Source: Cyanophora paradoxa CCMP329 (lineage: Eukaryota; Plantae; Glaucophyta). Taken from it: a stretch of 64,000 nucleotides of DNA. Within the stretch, counting starts at the first letter, position 1; every line of letters begins with the position of its first letter. The notes beneath the pieces are model-generated. The model ran no database searches. It was not told where the DNA came from and saw only the letters and a list, made by a program, of their open reading frames with translations. The stretch lies in NCBI GenBank assembly GCA_004431415.1, contig QPMI01000604.1, positions 1-64,000 on the forward strand, read 5' to 3'. The position numbers and the translations under genes were made by a program. Of this stretch, positions 1 to 13,645 are shown in pieces.

Positions 1-415
1 TCAACGCGGCGAACGTCGACGGGTACGATTACGACAACGATGGCGACGACGGGTACACGGCGCCGTACAGCGGCACTCCGTACACCCCACCGCCTTCGTC
101 GTCCCCTGCGCCCTCGGCCGCCACTCGCAGTTACTCGGCTCTTCGGTCAATCTCGTCCACACGACGCCGTCGACCCCGCCGACAACCAATCGATCTACCA
201 ATCCGCCCTCCCCGCGCCCCAGCAGCCGGCGCCGGGCCACAAGCCCGTCCCGGCTGCTGCGACTGGCACGCACCGGTGCCCGGGAGGATACGGCAATCGC
301 CCGCCCATCGGCGCCCTACGATTACGCCCGTACGCAGACGGTCACGGCGATCCGTACGAGCCAGGCTACCCGCGCGACGCGCGCCCGAGGGTGAGGCCCG
401 GGACAACGATCACAT

Positions 416-760
416 TTGCACACGTTGTCGGTCGTTGGGAGCCGCGGACATCATCACTACTCTGACGACTACCACGAGTGTTGCTCCACCCGTACCGTCG
501 GGAACTACTCAAATTCGTCAACCAAGGCTCCAAGACCCGAGGTCCTGGCTGCGGCCCGCCTCTGCGGCCTCATCCTGGCGGCCCGCAGCACCGTCCTACA
601 ACGCGGTCCCCCGCCGTCGAACTCTGTACCGTCGCTCCGGCGCAGCTACAAACCGCCCTTGCAGGAACTGCGGCGAGCAGGCCACCACGCGTCGGCGTGC
701 ACGAAGCGGTGCGCTGCTACAACTGCGGAGGGAGGGTCACACGCAGAACCGCTGCCCAGT
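416..760 (+). CDS. Gag/nucleocapsid-like zinc-knuckle region (frameshifted fragment)
   Basis: Restoring one G in each of two G-runs gives CRNCGEQGHHASAC and CYNCGGEGHTQNRC, both CX2CX4HX4C. A further CTRC...H...C cluster lies near 417-483. Confidence 0.75.
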
Positions 761-953
761 GCAAGCGCCAGCACGACGGCGGTCCCCACACGTCCGTCCC
801 GAAGCGTGGCCCGATGGTGGTGCTGCGGCGCAGGAGGCGGCGGGCACCGTGGTGGCCATCGCGCGGTGGCAGGGCGGCTACCAGAGCGGCGGTGGAGGCG
901 GCGGCCAAGGGGACGGGATCTAACGCCACCCTCTCGGCAATCCGCCCCGATGC

Positions 954-1130
954 AGCGCCCGACTGGCCCCGTTGTTGACGCGCCGTCTTCGCGCCCGACT
1001 GGCCCGTTGTTGACGCGCCGTCTTCGCGCCCGGCTGGCCCGTCACTGACGCGCTGCCTTCGCGCCCGACTGGCTCCGTTGCTGACGCGCCGTCTCCGCGC
1101 CGACGGCCCATCGCTAACGCGCCGCCCCGA
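954..1130 (+). repeat. ~36-bp tandem repeat, ~5 degenerate copies, probably coding (SRPTGPVVDAPS)
   Basis: Units such as gcgcccgactggccccgttgttgacgcgccgtcttc repeated head-to-tail without spacers. Confidence 0.85.
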
Positions 1131-2937
1131 ACCCCGCCCGACTGACCACGGAGACGCCGTGCAGTCCGGTGGTCTGACTCGGGCCGGGAGACCGAGGCTA
1201 CGACGGACAGCCTGGCCATGGTACCGATCGCTCCGGTGCAAACTGTCCGATCACGCCGACGCAGCCCTCGGCATCGGACATCGCGCACTTCGTTCGGACG
1301 TCAACGCCACGACGGCGACGCAGCCGGTAACGTCGGCGGCGGAGAGGACGGCCCCGTCCCGTCGCCATCCCGTCGCTGAACCCGCGTCGCCGTCCCCTCG
1401 TCGACTCACGCGACCGGCCGTCGTCGCCGGCCCCGTCTGACTTGTCGACAGAGATGGAAACGGGAAGCCGTACTGCGGCCGAGTCCCGTGTTCCAATTCG
1501 GTGTGCGCAGCCCGGCGGGGCGTCACTGCGGCAGTATCCGCGACCTCATCAACGCTGGCCTCCGCCGGCACGACCACACTCGCATGTCCGCGCTTGCTCC
1601 CGTCACGTCCAAGAAAACCCCGCTCTTCACTCGAAACTTTGGCCGTATGCACCGCCCGCGCCCGAACGCCATCAATCCGTCGCCCGCGTCGCAGTCACGA
1701 GGTCGCTCACCTTCGCGGCCGCCCCTCGGCGAAGAGCACGAACTCCGACGCTGACTCTGTGCGGAGCCGAAGACCCGACGTACTGCGCCCTGGGGACCCG
1801 TCACAGAGTCGCCGATGGACACTGCACTCGGCCCGCTACCTCCAAATCGAGCACCGACTCCCCGCAGCCACCTCGCAGCAGGAGGGAACGTCTCGAAGGA
1901 AGTGGGCGGCGACCCGAACTACAAGGCCCCGCCCGCCAAGATGCCCGAAATCGACTCGCTACCGCGGTCGAGGGCTGCGAGTCCTTGGTACCCTTTGCAC
2001 TGACTGGCTCGACAACGTTGCTTACAACATGCACACTCGCCGTGTTAACAACCGCATGCACGTCGACGGCATCCAGGCACTGACTGGCTTCGTGATGGCA
2101 TCCCTTCGAGCGACCAGCGCCAGATCCACGCGCGTACCATCCTTTACTGCCCGCCCTCCAGATGCTCACGACGTACCTCGAGCGAAGGGCCCCGGTGTCT
2201 GCTGGGCTCGCGTCCGCAACGCTATCGATGCGGAAGGCGACTCGGAGGAGGCGCGCGCGCACCGCTTCCCAAGCCCACGACAACATGTACCCGTCTTCAC
2301 GCAGGCCTCCAATTACGTACCGCGGTATTCACGGAGGATGCGCACATGCTCGCCGTCGGACCTGTCTTCGCCAACGAGACGTGTGCTGACTGCCACCCCA
2401 TGTCGTCGGCCGCCAGGAGAATGGTACCCTTGTTGCCCGCCCATTCCCTCGGCACACCGTCGTGACGCGCCAATGACGGACTTCGTACTGCTCACTCCGC
2501 GCTCATCGCTGCGCTTGAAAGCCTCCCTACGTCGCACCCCGTTCGTGACCGACCAGGGAGATGGAGTTCTTTGTGATCGCCCGCGACATCTCCGGACACG
2601 CGAAGAACGGGCGGTTCCCGATCCCGCCGGCGCTCGACGTGAACCCCGGCATCCCGTGCGCTGACGGCACTCACGCTCACCACAGCCACCCGCATTGGCA
2701 CTTGCTGGCGACCCGCCCGCTCATCAACCCGAAAGGCCACAGTGAGCACAAGCGTCTGAATGCGGCCGTCACACGCATCATTGCAGACACGGCCACTGAG
2801 GATGACGTGACAACGTTGCGCACGTGATCGCAATCGCCCGTGAGACGACGACTATCGCGGCAATTAACACTAACATCTCGAACACCAACGAGCAGCTTCG
2901 CCGGCCTACCGGGCGCTGAGGCGAGCAGCTGTTACAC

Positions 2938-5900
2938 TTGGTTGAAATGGCAGCGATGGCCATCACGAACACGGGCGCCCCGCCGCCTCGCACGCGGCAG
3001 GCTGCGGCCAACCACGTCACGAGTGTACTGCGTAAGGAGCTCGAGGCATTCGATGTTGACACTACGGTTCAGGCAATCGTCAACGCTCTGTGCGCCCGTC
3101 GTGTCTTCACTTTCACCGACGGCGCCATGGACACAACCGACGCGCCGCCTGCACCTACGACAACGCTGACGCTCCCAGGAGCTGCTGTCGTCGAGTCCCT
3201 CCTGAACCGTGTCAAGACGTCCTTCACCGACGCGCAGAACCGCAGCCCAACATTCATGCGCCCAACCGACGAACGGCCGCTGTCAATTACGTTGAGAGCA
3301 CACTCCGCACGTACCTCCGTGGCTACGACGTCGAGTCTACGATCCTACTTCTCGTCTACATTCTCGAGCGCGAGGGTGAGCTACGGTTCGCCTCAGGCCC
3401 TGACGCGACTTCGGCAAAGGCTGCTGACGCCTACGCTCGTTTCGTCGCGGCAAACGCTCCGACCGACCCCGTCGCCGGACCCAGCTCTGTCGCGACGGCA
3501 GAGGGCCTCGCCCCTGAGGACAAGACGCCAATCGTCCCGCCGACCACGCCCACTCCACCGCGCCCGCCGTACTGCGGCCCAAGGCGTCGGAGGACAGGGC
3601 TGACAATGACCCCATCAACCGCAACGGAAGTTGCGCGAGATGCTGATGGACATTGCGGAAGACTCGATCACGCTCATCGCTCGTCGCCACCAGGCAGCGG
3701 GAGGTATGAGCGCGAGGGTGGAGACCGCGTCTTCGCCTCTCGCACGGTCGAGAAGATCATGGTCAGTGTTGGGGGACAGCAAATTCTTCTCTTCCTGTCG
3801 CCAGTCGACATGCCTGCACCGTGCCACACGTGCAGCATCGGCCCGATGGCTCACCCGTCATCGTGAACCACCGCTCCGTGCATCAGTGATCAGCATTGCG
3901 CACCGCTACTACGAGTACATCGACTCGACCACGGGCAACACGGTGACAATGACTAACGTCGAGCTTCAGGAGCACTGCCGCCTCTGCACAACGCCGCCGT
4001 ACATGGAGTTCGTCCGCAATTGCCCCGTACCGTCGCCAACCTCACGCCAGCGCACGCCGTACCCGAGTACTCTGCGACCTGACGATGCACCGGCGGACAT
4101 CACGCTCGACGCTCTGTACGGAGTGACGATGGAAATGAAGACGCTCTTCCTGCGGATTATCGGTCTGTTAATGGATATCACCCCACAGGGAACGACGTCT
4201 TTGACGGGGAACGACGACTGGCCTCGGGTCGCTGACATCTTCCTTAACGTCGACGTCAGCCCCTTCACCGTCCGCGCCAGCACCCTCCGGCCTGGCGTTC
4301 GCGACGCGAGTACTGGACCGATAGGCACTCGGCCAATCATTCTCGCCCCGGAGTTGTCAACACCTCTGGCAGACACGTCCCGACTCGCGCGAACGACTGT
4401 GAACGCGTCGCTTCCCGTCTGCTTGTCGGCACCGGCGTTCTACCATGCTCACGCGTTAATGCACCCCGTCGATGAGCCGAACACGCGCCTCGGCCCGACA
4501 CCAACTGATCTTCCGCCCTACCCGGTGCCTGAGACCACGGTCGCTGCAGCTGGGGGATGAGCCGCAAGTTGGCGTCGATTTACGTCGCTGCCGTTCTACA
4601 CGACTGGCCGGCTCGACAGCGGGACAAGATTAAGCCGCATCTCACTCTCCGAACCAACGACGTCGACATGGAGTACTTGCGACTCGCCGCCGAGAACGCG
4701 CGACTTCGGGACCCGACGCAGTTTTCGGCGAGGTACCTCGAAGTCCACAACGTGTTGACAGACATCCTTCGTCGCCGCACGCCTGGAACGCCGTCCCCGA
4801 CCACTCCGCCGACAAGCACGCGCAGCTGCTGGCCGACGAACAGCTCGCACGTGAACTGCAGGCTCGCCTCGACGCCGAAGCTGCAAGGAGAGGACCGGTG
4901 CAGGCCGCGGCGCAAGCCCCCTACTTGCAGGCTGCAATCGGTGGTATTGCTCGTGGCCGCACCATGGACGCCCGTCGCCGTACTGCGGCAGCACAGGCTC
5001 CACCGCGCCAATCGGCGAGGCACGGGGAACGGTCAGGGGCCGCGGCCGCGCGCTCCGATTCATACCAGCCGGCCCAGACCCCGGGCAACCCTCACTACCA
5101 CGACGACGACATGACGTGCCAACGGCACCGGTGACACCGCCGACCGACGCCCCGGAGCCCCCGGCCCCGCGGAACGACCCACCCCCTGCGCCCGAGGTGA
5201 CGGCCTCGTCGACGGACACTCCGGACGCCCAGCCCGTTGCACCCGCGACGACGACTCCGGACGCCCAGCCCGTTGCACCCGTGACGACGACTCCGGTGGC
5301 CCCGACGCCCGCTCTCGAGACGCCGGTCTCGTCGACGGCCGCTCGAGATGCTTCGCCCATCGCACCGGCGATGGCGACCTCGCTGACGACCCGCACAGCG
5401 TCCCGTCCCCCACGGCCGTGGCTGCGGTCTCGACGGCCCCGTCGCCTGCGCCTGAGCTACTGGCCCCGTCCGACGCCCCGCCAGCCCCGGCCACGACTGT
5501 GACGGCGGCCCCGCCGCAGAGCCCGGCCCAACCCCCGATGCTGCCGATCCCGTCACTTCACCCCGACTACACTGCACCGACCGACGCGTCGATGCCTGAC
5601 TCGACGACTGCCGACTCGTCGGCACTGAGAGGACCGAGGACGTGCCCATGGGCGACCCGCGCGTTTCGAGGGGGATCATCGTCGACACGCCGACCTTGCC
5701 GAGCCCTCACGACGACCGTGACAGTCCTCCTGACACCGACGAAGACACGTCCAGCGACTCGGAGCCGAGATCAAGGACGTGGCCGCCAACCTTGGACACC
5801 GCCACGCCTGGACGATCCTTCGCCTCAAGCCCGTGGTGCACAACCAGCTGCGTGCGTACCTGGACACGCCGCGACGCTTCATGGTCACAACGACGACGAC

Positions 5901-8900
5901 GGATTGGCGCAAGACCCCTGAGACGCCGACCCTCTTCGCCGCCAGCGAGCTCACGAGCTGCATGCACCTCGCAGCTGCCCGCAGCAACACGCCTACTGGG
6001 CAACCGTTGCTGGGTACTCGCCCGAGTGACCAGGCTCACTACCTCCTTCAACATCTGACCGAATTCCGCTCCGTCATCCACGTCATCATGCGCCTCGCGC
6101 GGGCTCAGCCCTTCGCGCCTGGGGAGACGGCGACCACGTGGCCTCACCCGAACGACCCGCTCGCCGATGTCCTCGGACGGCCAGAGATGCTGGAGCTGTT
6201 TGGTTTGACACCGACAGAGTTCACTCTTGTACACCAGTCCAAGACTCCAGTCGTACCGTGCATCCTTCAGGTGGCTGTCAACCTTGCCCGCAATCTCCGG
6301 ACGCTGCACTACGACGTGGAGATGACGGAGAGCGATGAACGGTTCTTGAACTTCGACAAGATCACGAACACGGCGACGCGCCTTGCAACAATCAGGCAAC
6401 TGGTCCAAACTGTCAAGTTCACGGCCCCGCTCACAGGACCTGACGACATCTATCTGTCTACGCTTCGACACGGTTCACCGCCGCCCGACATCGCCTTGTC
6501 GATGCGTTCGACGGCCCTGGCGCGGGCGTGGGACATCGCTGCATACTTCGACCATTACAAGTGGGACGAGACGCGCGACCGCTACGGGGATAGCCGATTT
6601 GCTCACCTCTACGACGTTCGTGACCCAGCACCGAGCTCCGACCGTCCATGGCCGACGAGTCACGCGCCGTTGCTGTCAATGCTCACCGAGCAAGTCGAGA
6701 ACGTACTCCGCCTCGTCAACATCACAGCCGACGTCGAGGGCCCCGGCAACTTCCTGCGCCGTTACTACACGTCCCGTTTCAACCCGAAATCCGACGCAAA
6801 CCCGGCTACGAACCAGCGGGCGACCGCCGAGCTCGCGGAGGAGATCCGGCTGAACAGCCAGTTAGCAGTGGTCGCGGCACGCGATGTCCATCGTCTGCGC
6901 ACGCCCCCCGTCAGCGAGTCCGACCTACACCACTGTCTTCGGCACGGACTGTCCCGTCACCGCTCCGGCGTCCTCCCCTCAAATTTCACGAACGTCGTCG
7001 CCGCGTCTGTCACGGAGACGACTGCGCTGGCAAGGCTCGCCGAGCTACATGACACCACCGTTGTCGCGATGTCAATCACTACGTTCATGCACAAGCGTCA
7101 ACTCGCCAAGAAGGGCAAACCGATCCGTCTCGAATCGCGACTGCACGCCCCCGTCTTCACCCGAAGCAGCCCGAGCCAGCTGTCGAGCTCTATTACAACT
7201 CTGACCGTTACATAATGGTGCACCCTGAAGAGGCGGCGCTCCTGGCGTGCAAAACTGCGTGGCGCTCCCATATCCTCCAGCTGACTCTCGAGGCCATGCG
7301 TCGCGCGTACAAGCTCGAGACGGAGTCAAGCACTCGTACTGCGAGCAAGCTTGCTTTCGGCCTCGTCGCTCGACTCGACACTGCACTTAGCAAGGCTACG
7401 ACCACCCAGCGCTTGGCGGTAACACGGGCCTTCCTCCTGGACGCCGTGCATCGATTGAATCTGTTCTACTGCATGCTTTACCCGCGCTACCGCGATCACC
7501 TACTCCCTGTCCTCCCCAGTCCGATGGTACCCGTCACCGACCCTCTCGCCGTCCCGGTCCCACGGCCCCCTGAGCGCGACGTTGACGAGTACGGATACCT
7601 GACACAGTGGACGTCGGACGGCATCGACATCTTGCCTCGCGTTCCTGACTGGGATTCCCTCGTTGGACTTGTCGACGACATGAGCAAGGACACTTTCTGG
7701 AACTCCAACACGTACTTCGGGCTTCGCGCCCGCGCTATGGTCTACGGAACAGAGCGCAAGCGCCCCCGCGAGAAGCGACCGAATGACGAGAAGTTGCAGA
7801 AGAAGGAGCGCAAGGCCGCCCGGCTCACTCCCGAGGAGGTCGACTCCATCATCTCCAGAATTTTGAGCGAACTCCACACTGTTCCTTTCAAGGAGGTGCT
7901 ACTCTCGGAGAACGCTGACATTCCTGACGTCTATTTCTGGGCCTTCCTCAACGAGGAATGGGCGAAAGGCTTCACGGTCGTCGACGGCGCTGGCTACCAG
8001 CACGGAGTGTGGCCGGATCTGAGCGGCGTGATGGTCCGACGGGAACCGCGACCTGATTCGACGGAGAACGAGCGCGACACGTTCTATGCGGGTTTTGGAC
8101 GGCGCAACAATCACATCAACGGGGAATTATTCGCCCAAACGATCAACGACTGGTACCCAATCCGTCTCCACAATCCTCGCCCCCACTCCCGTACGGCATG
8201 CGCACATACAGCCCCGAGGAGACGCGAGCTGGAGGTGACTTCCTACCTCTGGATACTGATCCGGGACGGGATACCTCCTATCACATCTTCATGACACCGC
8301 TTCTCTTCACGAACACGGACTTCCTGGCCACAGCGTACTGCAAAACGATCCAGGAACATGGGCGACACGCGCCCCACATCTTCGCCGTCGCGGCTCACAT
8401 CCTCGGAGGCCCAGCCCCGTTCGGACAGACGGCTGATCTGACCGAGGAGCTCACTGTGGAGGACGGGCACAGACCGGAGGAGCTCCCGGAGCCGCCGCCG
8501 GTCGAAGAGCTGGAGGGAATCCCGACTCGGGACCCACCCCCAGTTCATCCCGCCACCACGACAAAGAAGTACATGCACGTCCTAGGTGAGGTCCACATGC
8601 CATACGTGCTACTCGGCGACTCTGGTCTCGAGGCATTTCTCCGGCGCGTCCCGTACATGCGCCCATTCCTCATGAAGATGCACGTACGCTGGTCGAACTT
8701 CTCGCGAGCACTCAGTCGTGTCCTACGCTACGGCGTCGGCCCCGGCACCTACCCGTACCGCGCCGGTGCTCCCGGCCATGGCGAACTCAGCCAGCACAAC
8801 CGTGCGGGCCTGCCCTTCCGATCGTTCCTGATCACGGCCGCCGACGAGTTCCACCCGGCCAACAAGTATGCCGACTACTTCGACTGCATCTACGACGAGG

Positions 8901-11572
8901 ACAACCACGCGCACCTCCGTGACTCCGCTTCACGTCAAGATGTCGAACGATGCTTCTACGAGATTGCCATGCCCGACGACCTCAACGCGCCGCCCATGAC
9001 TCTTACGCCGGCCAATGCTGACCTGTGCGGCCCTCGAATCGTCCGATTCACGCACGTTGCACCGGCCGGACCCAGCCGCGGTGCCCCCAACACGATCCAG
9101 AACCGCTCGCACATCACTATCTTCGACGCGAACAACCGGAACACCTGGCAGCAGATCATCGCGGGCACGAGGAAACCCCCAAACGAGGCGGCGGGGCCGC
9201 ACCCGTGCGGCCCCGACCCCAAGTACTTCCCGGTGTCCGTCAATGACTACACTGGCCCTGGGGGCGTCGTCGTGTCTCTGCGTCGTCGCGGGCCCACGGG
9301 CACCGCGCCTGCAACGCCCCCCGTCGTCCACCAGGTCCTGGGGTTCCCGCTTTCGGTACACACTTGGGTGTACGGAATCGCAGCGTACCTGGCGGCGGCA
9401 GTCAAGCTGCACGGTGCCTTGTCGTTCTTCCTCGAGCCCCTACCGGGGGAACTCGGGAACATCATCATCGACTACGTTCGTAGCCACGAGGATGAGCTGC
9501 AATTCCGCTTCACGGCTTCAGGCGAAGTGGCGCGCAGTGCCAAACTCGACAAATGGTACGAGGTCGAGTACCCTGACTGCGAACGCGTCGACCCGGCACA
9601 TTTAATCACAGCCTTCGAATCCCTACTGCACAAGGCAACCAACGACTGGTTGGCGGTCCAGATCAAGCACGAGACACCCCCGGCGGCTCGCGAAGATGTC
9701 GACATGGATCGAAACCACTGCTGGCCCGTAGCATTCCGACTCCCGGATGGAGTCATCAACGCACTCAACGCCCAAGTCCGGGGCGCTGACTTCGATCCCA
9801 CGAACGATCCGTCACACCCGCATCGTCCCAGTGTCTATGACGTCAACGCGAGCGCAGTGCGCAACGCTATTATGGATTTCGAACAGCGATACGCCGACAT
9901 ACACGAGCAATTCCGTCACGCCGAATATGGCAACTTCACATTCGATCCATTCTACAATGAATTCGGCGCCGCCATCTTCAGTCGCGAACCGCAGGCGCGG
10001 GCGCTACTCCACGGTTGGTTGGAACAATTCGTTTACAATCACGCCACCGTCGACGCGGCGACGAGGCGGCCCATCACGTTCACTAGCCGCGAAGCCTACC
10101 GGGCGGTACAGATCGTCGACGTCCTCCCCCTGCGTCACTCCCTGGGCGATCCGGACAACGACAGCCTCCTTCGTCAGATCCCCCACATTTACATTGGTCA
10201 CGGCCCCCACGGCGCGCCTGTCGACCCGTACGAAGGCCGCACGCGCTTCACTAACATCATGAACTACATCACTACGACGAAGGCAGAGGAGTCGCGCGCG
10301 TACATTTGGGACCCGCGCCTCGACGGCAAGATCAAGCTCGTGGGCACGGACGAGTACATTCGTCGGAACCCTGGGATTGCGCGCAAGCCCTTTGTCCGAC
10401 CCTTCGTCGTCTGGTCGACCGACTTCAAGGATCTGCGCACCAACGAGCCGACGGGACTGGCACGCTTCGGTCACATCCAGGGTGTTGTCTTCAAGCCATC
10501 TGGCAGTAACAGGCCTCCGCGTCGTAGTCCTACGGGACCGAGACGACGGGAACCTCTGACGGCGACGACTCCAGCTCGGACAGTGGTGGCTCCACCGCCG
10601 AGTCCGTAGCTCCATCGGAGACCCCGTCGCCGGGACGCCGAGCCTAGCCTCGCGCGTGCAGTCGTCCGCGTTCGCCCCCACGGCCTCCTTGGACCGCTCA
10701 CACGGCAGCACACGTACACGATCGCATACAACGACCTCACTAATCCCAGGACGTCGACGGATCTCACGATGGGCTGCTGGCTCCTCTACTCTGGACGGGG
10801 ACCGGACTACGAGCGGATCACGTCCGCGCGACACCGTGCCTTCGAGGACCCTGAATTCGCTGCCAGTTATCACTTGTACGACTGGTCGCCGCTTCAGCGG
10901 TCTCACCAACTCAACGCCCACGCAATCCTGGAGACGCTCCACGAGATCGAGAACTTTCGGTGGGATTTCACAACCTCTCAGGGCCTGTCAGCCGACCTCG
11001 CTTTCACTCGCGCCTTGTTCACTCGGGCGGCCTTCATCCTCAATTCAATCGGCCTCGCGGCGTGGGACGTGGTCCTCCACAATGACTTCCGTAGTCATGA
11101 CGCTCAACGGACACGTTTCTACGAGCGGCACGTACTCCAACGCGACACGCGCCTCCGCCACGCTTGGCCCCAACTCGTCAAATATCTCCGGGCGTCTCTC
11201 TCGCGCCACCGCGAAGCCATCCCGTTCCGATCCCCCGGAGAGCCTGGCTACCGGCCGGCTGAACGACGGGATGGCGCAGCGGGGACCGAAGTTGACGCGA
11301 TCAACGAGATTCACTATGGCTGGCCCAGCAACCGCCACCTCAACAAGCTCGCAAACGCCGACTGCAAGCCCATCCTTGGCGTCGGATACTTTTCAGCCAC
11401 AATGCGCAATCACCGGCCCCCGCTGCGTCTGTCGGCAGCTCCCTGCAGGGCACGCCCATTCGCCGCGACGGTCGTACCCCGTCTGAGATCGACGCGCTCG
11501 TACCCCTGCCCTCTGTTCGGAACCGAACCCCGGAGGAGCGGCGCAGACGGCGACAATCCCGCAAGGCGCTGA
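2938..11572 (+). CDS. Uncharacterised element-encoded coding region, probably one frameshifted polyprotein (ORFs 2938-3603, 3631-4560, 5779-7215, 7215-8294, 8198-10609, 10769-11572)
   Basis: Long, globular-looking ORFs (478, 359, 803, 267 aa) abut or overlap on one strand, with Pro/Thr/acidic linkers. Junctions are compatible with single-base indels. No family recognised. Confidence 0.6.
5218..5296 (+). repeat. 36-bp coding repeat x2 (TPDAQPVAPxTT)
   Basis: actccggacgcccagcccgttgcacccgYgacgacg duplicated in a Pro/Thr-rich linker. Confidence 0.85.
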
Positions 11573-11921
11573 ACGCCAAGGCATGCCCCGTACCGCGGGT
11601 GAAGCCTCCCAAGGGCAAGAATTCACGGCAGTCTCGATATGCCATTGCGCCCCCGTCGCATCTCGACGTTGCTGACGAGGAAGAGTACATGCACTTCCTG
11701 CAGCAAGAACGTGACCTCGGTCGTCCGCGACCTGATCCCACTTCTAGCAGCGCTATCGCCCCGCTGGACGAAGGTGAAGGCGCCCAGAATGAGCCGACAC
11801 ACGTTCGCTTGCCGCGTGGCACCGTTGTCATGGACACCTGGAGCGAGGGCCCCCGCCCCTCGTTGACGTTCCTCCGCCACCGACGATCCGTGAACTTGTT
11901 TCCGATGGGACCGCGGTCATC

Positions 11922-13645
11922 ATGGCTCAGGCTCGTGACCCTCTTTGCCAGATGGTGTTCGCACTTCTTCGCGAGAAGGAGAACCTGGCGCGCTGTCACT
12001 CCCACTACACTGCTGGTGAACGTGACCCGGAGGTGCTTGGGAGCTGCATTCTCTGCAAGTCTGCACGCGATCGCTTCGCTCGTGAAGCTACTCAGTACAC
12101 GATCGATGAGCAAGATACCGTACTGCGGTTGCCCTTGCTCCCCACTATGCGGCCTCAGATCGTTGTACCCCCAGAGTGGCGGGAGAAGATTGTTCACGCT
12201 TACCACGATGACTGGGCTCACCGTGGTGCCCCATTGTTGCTCGGCGCATCGCCTCACGGTTTTGGTGGCCGGGCATGACGACTGCTGTCCATCGCTACGT
12301 GAAGACGTGCCGACACTGTCAGTTTGCCAAGGCTCACAAGAAGCCGAAGTCACAATTCACTGTGATCGAGTCTGAGCATCCTGGCGACTTGCGTCAAGCC
12401 GATCATTTCCCTATGGCGCCCTCTGAGAACGGTCGACTTCACCGTTTCACACTTGTGCACATTGACGTCGACGCTTTTACCAAGTACCCTGAGATTTTGA
12501 TGCTGACGGAGGCTGATGGTCGTGCCTGTGAGTGGGCTGCACAAACTGTGTACGCGAATCACGGCCCTTGCAAGCGGTATCTCACGGATAACGCCAAGGT
12601 CTTCACGCCTACTAGTCTCTGGGGCAAATTCTGGACTCGCCAGGGTACTCGGTTGATTTACGCTCCCACGTCCCACCAGTCCACGAACGGCGGTGCTGAG
12701 CGGCTTGGTGGCATTTACAAGCGCTTGGTGTATGCTCTTTGCGATGAGAACGGGGAGGACAATTCCCATTGGCCTTTCTATCATTATCGCGTACTCTTCG
12801 CTCTCCGGACCACGATTCACGCTGCCACTGGTTTTTCACCCGCCGCTCTGCACTTTGGACGAGAATTGATGTTGCCTGGCGATCTTCGTCTCGACCTCAC
12901 CCTGCGCGAACCTCACGAAGATCCCGTTTCTCTCTACGATTACGCTTTGTCGGTCGCTCGAGCCGCCCGCGACCAAATCTCTGCCGTCCGAGAACACCGC
13001 AAACTTTACAACAAGAAGTTGCTTCGCTATGGCACTGGCCGTGAGCCGCATCGTGTTTTCAAGCCTGGTGACAAAGTGTTGTGCTGGATTATCAGCGCGA
13101 AGACCAGTAACGTCAAGCGCACTGGGCCTCGCAATGGTTGGACTGGCCCTTACACTGTCACTGAGGTTCACTCTCACGGTCTTTTGTACACTGTCCGAGG
13201 CGATGACACTTCACTGGTGTATCGCTCGCGCGAGGTTCTCATGCACGTTGATCTCATGATCGCTTTTCACGAGCGTCCTGCCAATGTTCTCGCTCCCCGC
13301 AAAGCCGGTCGCCCTCGCAAGGCCCCGTGCCTGTGCCGCCCGATCATGAGGTCCCCGTGCCTCCGCCACCTGCCGTTGATCCCGATTCACTTTCCGATGA
13401 TGACACGACGGATGACGAGTCTTGAATCACAGCCCGTACTGCGGTTTACCGGATTCACTTCCGTTGTCGATGACGTGCCCTTCACTGGGATGTGGCTTGC
13501 GAGTTTCGGGAATTCTCTCTTGGCGCTGGGTCAGCGGCTGATCACTGCTGCCTGGTTTGCCCTCAACCAAATGCGCAGCTCTACATCTCTTCTGATCCAG
13601 CCGCGTGGAAGCGTCTGTGAGGACCTGGAGAGCTGTTGCCGATAG
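11922..13645 (+). CDS. Retroviral-type (rve) DDE integrase with H2C2 domain and GPY/F motif (frameshift near 12260)
   Basis: H2C2: IVVPPEWREKIVHAYHDDWAHRG...WWPGMTTAVHRYVKTCRHCQ. DDE: QADHF / YLTDNA / NGGAER. Also ALRTTIHAATGFSPAALHFGRE, WTGPYTVTEV and an AT-hook-like KAGRPRK. Confidence 0.92.

Noticed and set aside
954-1130. Regular ~36-bp repeats as a CRISPR array
   Set aside because: Head-to-tail with no unique spacers, a coding period of 12 aa, eukaryotic context and no cas genes.
7213-7217. TAATG stop-start overlap as programmed termination-reinitiation
   Set aside because: The downstream frame is already open before the ATG (YYNSDRYIMV), so one of the many single-base frameshifts explains it more simply.
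8606-8629. LLGDSG as a retroviral protease active site
   Set aside because: Gly precedes Asp and Leu follows DSG, and no downstream flap or ILG motif lies at the expected spacing.
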